From the NCBI RefSeq assembly GCF_000012465.1, contig NC_007335.2:1320001-1352000 (forward strand): a DNA stretch of 32,000 nt, written 5' to 3'. The translations under genes were made by a program, and so were the position numbers. The stretch is from Prochlorococcus marinus str. NATL2A. GTDB taxonomy: Bacteria; Cyanobacteriota; Cyanobacteriia; PCC-6307; Cyanobiaceae. A model generated the notes under the pieces. It ran no database searches. It had not been told where the DNA came from and saw only the letters and a program-made list of their open reading frames with translations. Positions 26,030-32,000 of this stretch are shown piece by piece (within the stretch, counting starts at the first letter, position 1; every line of letters begins with the position of its first letter).

Positions 26030-27082
26030 ATGAAATCAATACCTGTCACCCCTCCTTCTGATAATCGTATTGCTCAATTAATTGACGCGAACCTTGATCG
26101 CGCTAGAGAGGGGCTTAGAGTTATGGAGGATTGGTGCAGATTTGGTTTAAAGAGGAGTGATTTTTCGATTCAAATCAAAGATTGGAGGCAACAATTAGGA
26201 GTACATCACCACAATATTTATCGAAAAGAAAGGCTTACATCCATCGATCCAGCTATGGGCATTTCACATCCGTTACAAACAGTCAGATCAACCCCAGAGG
26301 ATGTATTTATTGCGAACTCATCCAGAGTTCAAGAAGCCCTAAGAGTAATAGAGGAATTCACTCGAACAACAGATCCGCATCTTTGTGAAATAGCTAGCAA
26401 AATTAGATACGAAACTTATGATATCGAGATAAAGGTACTTAATTCGACAGAAGGCGTAAATAAAAGAGAAATCTTAAAAGATTGTTCCTTATACTTAATA
26501 ACCTCAAACAGTAGAGATCTAGAAGAGGTTGTTCTTTATGCTCTAAAAGCTGGTGTAAAAATAGTTCAATATAGAGAGAAATTTTTAAACGATAATGAAA
26601 AAATTTCACAAGCTAAATGTTTAGCCTCTCTTTGTAAAAAATTCAATTCACTTTTTATAGTCAATGACCGTATTGATATCGCACTCGCCGTTGACGCCGA
26701 TGGAATTCATTTGGGACAAGAAGATATGCCAACAAAAATCGCGCGACAGCTACTAGGGGCTGAAAAAATCATTGGCAGAAGCACGCACTGTCTTGAAGAC
26801 ATCAAAAATGCCGAAGCAGAAGGCTGTGATTATATTGGTATAGGACCAATATTTCCCTCTGAAACAAAAAAGCAACTAAATCCAATTGGAATTGACTACC
26901 TAAAAAAAGGATTAAGTGAAACTCTCCTACCTGCTTTTGCTATTGGGGGAATGAATAAATCAAATATCACAAAATTAAACCAAATCAATAACCTTCGCAT
27001 AGCTGTGTGCAATGCAATCATTAATTCAAATAATCCCTTTTCAACAACTGATGAACTTATCAAACTTCTAAAATGCAATTAA
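26030..27082 (+). CDS. thiE: Thiamine-phosphate synthase with a ~130 aa N-terminal extension
   Basis: The C-terminal ~210 aa carry ThiE motifs (LYLITS, VQYREK, FIVNDRIDIALAVDADGIHLGQED, GRSTH, DYIGIGPIFPSETK, AIGG). The N-terminal region IAQLIDANLDRAREGLRVMEDWCRF matches my recollection of long cyanobacterial ThiE proteins (not verified). Confidence 0.9.
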   Translation: MKSIPVTPPSDNRIAQLIDANLDRAREGLRVMEDWCRFGLKRSDFSIQIKDWRQQLGVHHHNIYRKERLTSIDPAMGISHPLQTVRSTPEDVFIANSSRVQEALRVIEEFTRTTDPHLCEIASKIRYETYDIEIKVLNSTEGVNKREILKDCSLYLITSNSRDLEEVVLYALKAGVKIVQYREKFLNDNEKISQAKCLASLCKKFNSLFIVNDRIDIALAVDADGIHLGQEDMPTKIARQLLGAEKIIGRSTHCLEDIKNAEAEGCDYIGIGPIFPSETKKQLNPIGIDYLKKGLSETLLPAFAIGGMNKSNITKLNQINNLRIAVCNAIINSNNPFSTTDELIKLLKCN

Positions 27083-27291
27083 AAATTAACGGCGAAATTA
27101 AAACCATTAACAACTCGAATGAAGAATTACTAATGGAAGCTTTGCTTGAAAACTTAGGTTACAAACCTCAGTTAGTTGTAGTTGAATTAAATGGTGAAAT
27201 TATTAGCCCAAAAGTTTGGACAAATACAAAAATCAAACATGGAGATTGCTTAGAGGTTGTGACAATTGTTGGTGGAGGTTCCTACAGTTAG
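27073..27291 (+). CDS. thiS: Sulfur carrier protein ThiS (with 3 residues after the Gly-Gly)
   Basis: 72 aa. MQLKINGE start, beta-grasp-like length, ...VTIVGGGSYS end. Its ATG overlaps the thiE stop region. Confidence 0.8.
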   Translation: MQLKINGEIKTINNSNEELLMEALLENLGYKPQLVVVELNGEIISPKVWTNTKIKHGDCLEVVTIVGGGSYS

Positions 27292-27309
27292 TCAATCCTG
27301 AATAAATAA

Positions 27310-28275
27310 GTGTTCAAAACTATTCGCTTTAGTTGGATTAAAAGAAAACAGATTTTTTCTTTTCTGGTTGTTTCAACAATCATCTTTTTTTCTTTATTTA
27401 CCAATCCCAACACTGCATCAGCAGCTAGTGGAGGAAGAATAGGTGGAGGAAGTTTTCAGGCGCCTTCATCGCCACAAAGACAAAATTACGGAGGCTATGG
27501 AGGCAATAACTTTCGAGGTTATGGAGGTGGGTACAGAGGAGGAGGTATTGGTTTTCCTTTCTTATTGCCAATATTTGGCTTTGGTGGAGGTGGGATTTTT
27601 GGTTTTTTAATACTTATGTCAATTGTTGGTGTAATTGTTAATTCATTTAAAAGCTCTTCAAATTTTTCCAACGCAAGCAATAACTCAATAGTTTCTCAAT
27701 CAACGAACCCATCCAAGGTTTCTTTAATTCAGTTTCAAATTGGCTTACTGGCAAGTGCAAAAGAAATTCAAGTGAACCTAAGGGGGCTTGCTGCCTCTTC
27801 AAACACATCAACGTCATCTGGCCTTCAAAGAGTTCTTCAAGACACAACACTGTCCTTACTTAGGAAGCCTGAATTATGGGTCTATTCAAATATAGAAACA
27901 GGTTCTGTTCCATATACCTCAGCAGAATCAACATTTAATCGGATATCAATAACTGAAAGAAGCAAACTAAAAGCAGAGCTCACATCAAACTATTCCGGTC
28001 AAATATCTAGCTCAACAAATAAGCAATCCAATCCTGGGGATTCGGATTCAACAAATGAATACATCGCAATAACGATTCTCGTAGCAACAAAAAAAGATCT
28101 AAGTCTTCAAAACTCCGCAAACACCGAAGTCATCACAGAAGCTTTGAGAATCTTAGGGTCAATATCATCTAATGACTTAATTGCCTTAGAAGTTATCTGG
28201 CAACCTGACGGAGAAGGAGAGACCCTGAGAGAAGAAGAACTAATAATTCAATACCCAAATCTTAAACATTTATAA
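27310..28275 (+). CDS. Glycine-rich membrane protein (DUF1517-like; family name from memory)
   Basis: GTG start and a signal/TM segment. It has the GGRIGGGSF motif, a Gly-rich GYGG repeat region, a second TM (GGIFGFLILMSIVGVIV), then a soluble C-terminal domain. Confidence 0.7.
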   Translation: MFKTIRFSWIKRKQIFSFLVVSTIIFFSLFTNPNTASAASGGRIGGGSFQAPSSPQRQNYGGYGGNNFRGYGGGYRGGGIGFPFLLPIFGFGGGGIFGFLILMSIVGVIVNSFKSSSNFSNASNNSIVSQSTNPSKVSLIQFQIGLLASAKEIQVNLRGLAASSNTSTSSGLQRVLQDTTLSLLRKPELWVYSNIETGSVPYTSAESTFNRISITERSKLKAELTSNYSGQISSSTNKQSNPGDSDSTNEYIAITILVATKKDLSLQNSANTEVITEALRILGSISSNDLIALEVIWQPDGEGETLREEELIIQYPNLKHL

Positions 28276-28401
28276 AGTCAGTGTCCAAAATAACCAAAAA
28301 ACGGATTTCTTTATATTTTTTTCATCTTATTTACGTAAACAACAGTCAATTTTTACGTAAATAGCAGTTAGGATTCGCTCACATATTTATCAACTACGGA
28401 A

Positions 28402-28569
28402 GTGTCGGCTTCTTCGCAACCAGAACCTCGCTCAATGAAATGGGAAAGCTCGGGAGAGTTAGCTCAAAGAGATCTATCAGAATTAGTCACTCGTCTTCTA
28501 GATGTTGAATCGAGCAACAATAGTGATGAGCTAACAAGACTTAGTAGCAAATATGACGGAGAATCTTAA
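28402..28569 (+). CDS. Candidate small acidic protein (55 aa from GTG 28402, or 44 aa from ATG 28435)
   Basis: Open frame VSASSQPEPRSMKWESSGELAQRDLSELVTRLLDVESSNNSDELTRLSSKYDGES. The tract appears by eye more GC-rich than the flanking spacer. It is below the ORF-track length cutoff. Confidence 0.3.
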   Translation: MSASSQPEPRSMKWESSGELAQRDLSELVTRLLDVESSNNSDELTRLSSKYDGES

Positions 28570-28635
28570 GACTACAAATAACCCCTTGCGCTCCTCAATT
28601 TATTAGTTCAACTTAGGGGGAAAGAAGTGAGTTTA

Positions 28636-28794
28636 ATGAGAAGAAAGACTATTCAATGGATAAATACTCCTGTTATTTCTGAAGCAATATTCCGTTATGA
28701 GAAAGGTCTGCTCCCTAATTCAATGAAACTATGGTTAGAGCAGGTTCTAGAAATAAAATCCGAAAAATCTATCCAAAAATCCTTGACAAAATAA
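28636..28794 (+). CDS. Candidate 52 aa small protein
   Basis: An ATG at 28636, preceded by GGGGGAAAGAAG (Shine-Dalgarno-like), gives MRRKTIQWINTPVISEAIFRYEKGLLPNSMKLWLEQVLEIKSEKSIQKSLTK. Confidence 0.3.
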   Translation: MRRKTIQWINTPVISEAIFRYEKGLLPNSMKLWLEQVLEIKSEKSIQKSLTK

Positions 28795-28802
28795 AATCAA
28801 AA

Positions 28803-29450
28803 TTAGGTTGATAAAATTCTCATAGCAGCCATTGCGGCTCCATAACCATTATCAATATTCACTACTACTAACCCTGGCGCACAACTTGCAAGCATTCCCT
28901 CCAAAGCAGTTTTACCGCCACCACTAATCCCATATCCAACTGAGATAGGAAGTCCAATAATTGGCTGAGGGATTAACCCAGCGAGCACCGTAGGTAAAGC
29001 TCCCTCCATTCCGGCACATGCAATAACCACTTTTGATAATTTTATTTCTTCAATCCTGTCTAGCAATCTGTGAAGTCCTGCTACGCCAACATCAATCAAC
29101 AATTTAGTTTTTATGCCATGAAAATTCAAAGCTATTTCTGCTTCTGATGCCACTCCAACATCACTGGTTCCTCCAGTCAAAATAATTACTTCTTCCTTAG
29201 AAGAAGTACATTCCTTAAATTCCCCCAAAGTTAGGCAACCAGATATTTCATGAAATTCTGCAGAAGGAAATTCAACTAGAAGTTTTTGACCCTTTTCTTT
29301 AGTTAGTCTTGTCACTAAAGCAGTTTCACACTCAAGCTGATATTTTTTCAATATTTCAGATATTTGTTCAATTGTTTTATGCTCCCCCCATATTGCCTCA
29401 ACTACGCCGATTCGAGTTCGCCTCTGAAAATCAATAATTGATTCATTCAT
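28803..29450 (-). CDS. PurE/AIR-carboxylase-like protein of the LarB type (COG1691-like)
   Basis: 215 aa. ILTGGTSDVGVASEAEIAL, ACAGMEGALPTVLAGL and IGLPISVGYG resemble the LarB/NCAIR-mutase-related fold. Confidence 0.7.
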   Translation of the reverse strand: MNESIIDFQRRTRIGVVEAIWGEHKTIEQISEILKKYQLECETALVTRLTKEKGQKLLVEFPSAEFHEISGCLTLGEFKECTSSKEEVIILTGGTSDVGVASEAEIALNFHGIKTKLLIDVGVAGLHRLLDRIEEIKLSKVVIACAGMEGALPTVLAGLIPQPIIGLPISVGYGISGGGKTALEGMLASCAPGLVVVNIDNGYGAAMAAMRILST

Positions 29451-29452
29451 TT

Positions 29453-29908
29453 TTACTCTGGATTTAATTCCCCCTCAAAGATCAATGGAAAAGGATTTCC
29501 ACTTTGTTCACCTGTTTCATTTCTGGCAATCTTTTCAAAGTCATGCTGGACAAGATTTATTTCTGTCTGCGAGATGCTTTTCCAAACGGCTCTTGACTCC
29601 CATCCAATTAATAAGGTTGCTTCCTCTTCTTTAGGATCCCAAAAAAGTTGGCGTCCTAAAAAACCATCTTGTTTTAATAACCATGGCTCCCAACTTCCTT
29701 CTTCAGCTTTTAACCAAGCATTTTTAAATTTTTTCGGAACATCAAGCTTAAGGTGCTCGACAATAGATTCCTTTGGAAAATTCATTTTCAATAAAGACTC
29801 AGCTTGAATATTTTTCACGTTTCCAAAAACAGTTGAAATAAAAATCACACATAATAAAAGGAAACTAAATATTTTTTCGATAAAATATTTAGTTCTAAGA
29901 GTTTTCAT
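29453..29908 (-). CDS. Conserved hypothetical protein with an N-terminal signal/TM and an ABM/Dabb-like small domain (tentative)
   Basis: 151 aa. A hydrophobic N-terminus, then [40 protein letters not shown]...[14 protein letters not shown]. Its start overlaps the trmD-ispF ORF stop by 14 nt. Confidence 0.5.
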   Translation of the reverse strand: MKTLRTKYFIEKIFSFLLLCVIFISTVFGNVKNIQAESLLKMNFPKESIVEHLKLDVPKKFKNAWLKAEEGSWEPWLLKQDGFLGRQLFWDPKEEEATLLIGWESRAVWKSISQTEINLVQHDFEKIARNETGEQSGNPFPLIFEGELNPE

Positions 29909-31121
29909 TCCTTTTGATTAAAACAACTGCATGACAACATATACCCTCTTCTCTTCCCTCCGCACCTAATTTCTCATTTGTAGTAGCTTTAACTCCTACA
30001 TCATCAATGTTCAATCCTATTGTCTTAGATATCTTCTCCTTCATTAAGTCAATATAAGGTTTTAGTTTTGGCCTTTCAGCGACAATAACTGAATCAATAT
30101 TTTGAATTTGCCAACCTTTATTCTCAATTAATTCCATGACATGTCCAAGCAGAATTAAACTGTCTGCATTTTTCCACTTAGGGTCATCTGGAGGGAAATA
30201 CTTTCCAATATCTCCCAATGATAACGCACCTAATATTGCGTCCATAATTGCATGAGTAAGAACATCTGCATCACTATGCCCATCAAGGCCTAAACCCTCT
30301 GGATGGTTTAACTCAACCCCTCCAAGAATTAAAGGTCGTCCAGAAACCAATCGGTGCATGTCATAACCGTTGCCTATTCGTAAGTTCACTTCAGTTTTCA
30401 ATAATGAACTTCTTTTAATAAATGATAATTGGTCGAGCTTCCAAAGTTCGAACAAATCGGGTCTACGTGACTTCGTCCTGATTTCTCTTTGCTTCTGCCT
30501 CCATTCTCTAATTAATTTATGATTACCACTTAAAAGGACATCAGGAACTTTCATACCTCTAAATTCTGCGGGTCGGGTGTATTGGGGATGTTCTAAAAGA
30601 AACTCATTATGACTTTCTTCTTTTAATGATTCGGCACTGCCTAAAGTTCCCGGTAATAGACGTACAACTCCATTAATAAGAGTTATTGCAGGAATTTCTC
30701 CACCTGTAAGAACAAAGTCTCCAATTGAAATTTCTTCATCAGCTAAAGACCTAATCCTTTCATCAAATCCCTCATAGCTACCACATATCAATATGAGTTG
30801 ATCTTCTTTTGACCATCTAGAAAAATCAGGTTGAGATATTTTTCTACCTTGTGGAGTCATCAAAAGTATTCTTTTTTTATTGAGCTTTGGAATTTGATCA
30901 AAAACCGAAAAATAGGGTTCTGGCTTTAAGACCATTCCTGCGCCTCCGCCATATGGCTCATCATCAACTTTTCGATAATTATCCATAGCGTGGTCACGAG
31001 GATTATGTATATGAATTGATGCAATCTTCTCTTCAAATGCTTTTTTTATTAGTCCATGATTAAAAAAATTTTTAAAAGCTTCTGGAAAAAGGCTTACGAC
31101 ATCGAATCTTAATTTACTCAT
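29895..31121 (-). CDS. trmD-ispF: Single 408 aa ORF: TrmD (tRNA m1G37 methyltransferase, ~aa 1-225) joined in frame to IspF (MEcPP synthase, ~aa 245-408)
   Basis: The TrmD part has [37 protein letters not shown] and [11 protein letters not shown]. The IspF part has [30 protein letters not shown] and ATTNEKLG. No stop codon separates them. An in-frame GTG at 30389-30387 ([10 protein letters not shown]) could also start IspF separately. Confidence 0.85.
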   Translation of the reverse strand: MSKLRFDVVSLFPEAFKNFFNHGLIKKAFEEKIASIHIHNPRDHAMDNYRKVDDEPYGGGAGMVLKPEPYFSVFDQIPKLNKKRILLMTPQGRKISQPDFSRWSKEDQLILICGSYEGFDERIRSLADEEISIGDFVLTGGEIPAITLINGVVRLLPGTLGSAESLKEESHNEFLLEHPQYTRPAEFRGMKVPDVLLSGNHKLIREWRQKQREIRTKSRRPDLFELWKLDQLSFIKRSSLLKTEVNLRIGNGYDMHRLVSGRPLILGGVELNHPEGLGLDGHSDADVLTHAIMDAILGALSLGDIGKYFPPDDPKWKNADSLILLGHVMELIENKGWQIQNIDSVIVAERPKLKPYIDLMKEKISKTIGLNIDDVGVKATTNEKLGAEGREEGICCHAVVLIKRNENS

Positions 31122-31126
31122 ATAAA

Positions 31127-32000
31127 TTAGCTACCTTCATAACCAAACTCATTAAGCCGAGAAGATTTACTTCTCCAGTCAGGCACAACTTTAACAAACA
31201 GTTCTAGATAGACATTTCCATTAATTAAAGTTTGAATTTGCATTCTTGACTCCTGGCCAATTTTTTTCAACATGCTTCCCCCTTTACCTATTAAAATTCC
31301 TTTCTGACTTTTTTTCTCAACACAAATAGTTGCAAGAATTCCAGTTCTTGATTTCTGTTCAGATTTTTTTTTCGATGTTATGTCTTCAATTTTATCAATA
31401 GAGACTGCCACACTATGAGGTACTTCTTCGCGTGTATTTATTAAAACTTGTTCTCTTATAAATTCAGCTATCAAAAACTTCTCAGGATGGTCACAATTCA
31501 TATCACTTGGATATAGCTGAGGTCCAAAAGGTAGTGTTTCTTCTATTTCACTAATTAATTCATTACATCCCTGACCTGTAAGAGCGCTACAACAAAAGAC
31601 TGGCCAATTAGTACCCTCTAAAAATTCGAAATATTCTTTCTTTCTTTCTTTAAATTGACTCAACGCTAAAAGATCCCATTTATTCAAGGCAACAATGACA
31701 GGGATTTTTAAATTTCTGATCAAATTCAAAATAAATGCGTCCCCCCTCCCTGGAGAATGGCTGGCTTCAAAAATAACTAAGACTGCATCAACATCTCCAA
31801 TAGATCTCTTGGCACTCTGAACAAGTCTTTCACCCAATAAATGATGTGGTTTATGAATACCAGGAGTATCTACAAAAATAATCTGAGACTTTTCATTCGT
31901 GAGTATTACTTTCAATCGATTTCTAGTGGTTTGAGCAATTGGAGAAGTAATTGCTATTTTCTCACCGATAAATTTGTTGATGAAAGTTGATTTGCCTACA
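31127..32000 (-). CDS. era: GTPase Era, 5-prime partial (continues past the right edge)
   Basis: The frame is open from the window edge: [34 protein letters not shown]... (G1 GKS, G2 T). Then come DTPG (G3), NKWD (G4) and the C-terminal KH domain ([14 protein letters not shown]). Confidence 0.9.
   Translation of the reverse strand, partial: VGKSTFINKFIGEKIAITSPIAQTTRNRLKVILTNEKSQIIFVDTPGIHKPHHLLGERLVQSAKRSIGDVDAVLVIFEASHSPGRGDAFILNLIRNLKIPVIVALNKWDLLALSQFKERKKEYFEFLEGTNWPVFCCSALTGQGCNELISEIEETLPFGPQLYPSDMNCDHPEKFLIAEFIREQVLINTREEVPHSVAVSIDKIEDITSKKKSEQKSRTGILATICVEKKSQKGILIGKGGSMLKKIGQESRMQIQTLINGNVYLELFVKVVPDWRSKSSRLNEFGYEGS

Noticed and set aside
14627-29807. Antisense or nested ORFs within core genes: 14627-14836, 14793-15047, 15110-15292, 15396-15728, 16687-16986, 17310-17630, 18877-19194, 19905-20102, 20378-20560, 20940-21350, 22013-22222, 22796-23104, 22932-23114, 24442-24681, 26182-26388, 26896-27078, 27647-27850, 29574-29807
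   Set aside because: Each lies inside, and mostly opposite to, a gene with unambiguous family motifs (lexA, argF, ftsH, ribD, cobL, nadK, pheS, thiE and others). None has a motif of its own.
1-32000. CRISPR arrays, rRNA, IS transposases, intact integrases or recognisable defence genes (restriction, Cas, abortive infection)
   Set aside because: I looked for regularly spaced short repeats, transposase, integrase or nuclease motifs and terminal inverted repeats on both strands and found none. The only tandem periodicity is the in-gene 102-bp TPR repeat, and the only integrase signal is weak debris at 13264-14240.

Overview
This looks like a low-GC marine picocyanobacterial chromosome segment. 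Gene content, gene order and protein sequences resemble Prochlorococcus marinus, possibly a low-light clade; that is inference from memory, not a search. The window has two parts.

(1) Bases ~14,540-32,000 are a dense housekeeping block. It holds lexA, argF, ftsH, ribD, cobL, nadK, pheS, surE, ribF, thiE, thiS, a glycine-rich DUF1517-like protein and a LarB/PurE-like protein. It also holds one uninterrupted ORF joining trmD and ispF, and era, which runs off the right edge.

(2) Bases 1-~14,540 are a visibly more AT-rich accessory island. Its intact genes are cell-surface glycan genes: a partial SAM methyltransferase with a possibly TPR-like N-terminal tail, a GNAT acetyltransferase, a WbqC-like protein, a polysaccharide pyruvyl transferase, a TPR-GT41 (SPINDLY/OGT-like) glycosyltransferase and a DegT-type sugar aminotransferase. 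It also carries a frameshifted PurN-like formyltransferase.

These genes are interleaved with mobile-element scars: one intact tRNA-Ala(GGC) plus two decayed copies of it, an orphan 3-prime half of tRNA-Arg(UCU), a glycosyltransferase 3-prime remnant and about 2 kb with no ORF of 60 aa or more. A ~0.73 kb module also occurs twice in direct orientation (1611-2345 and 12365-13085), about 10 kb apart, bracketing most of the glycan genes.

That module is the best candidate for something undescribed. It carries three overlapping minus-strand ORFs: a small TM peptide, a 62 aa ORF and a 121 aa HTH-like protein, with a perfect palindrome at the first junction. I cannot assign it to a named family.

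I saw no CRISPR array, rRNA, intact transposase or intact integrase. Family calls rest on motifs read by eye, and similarity counts are given only where I counted bases.
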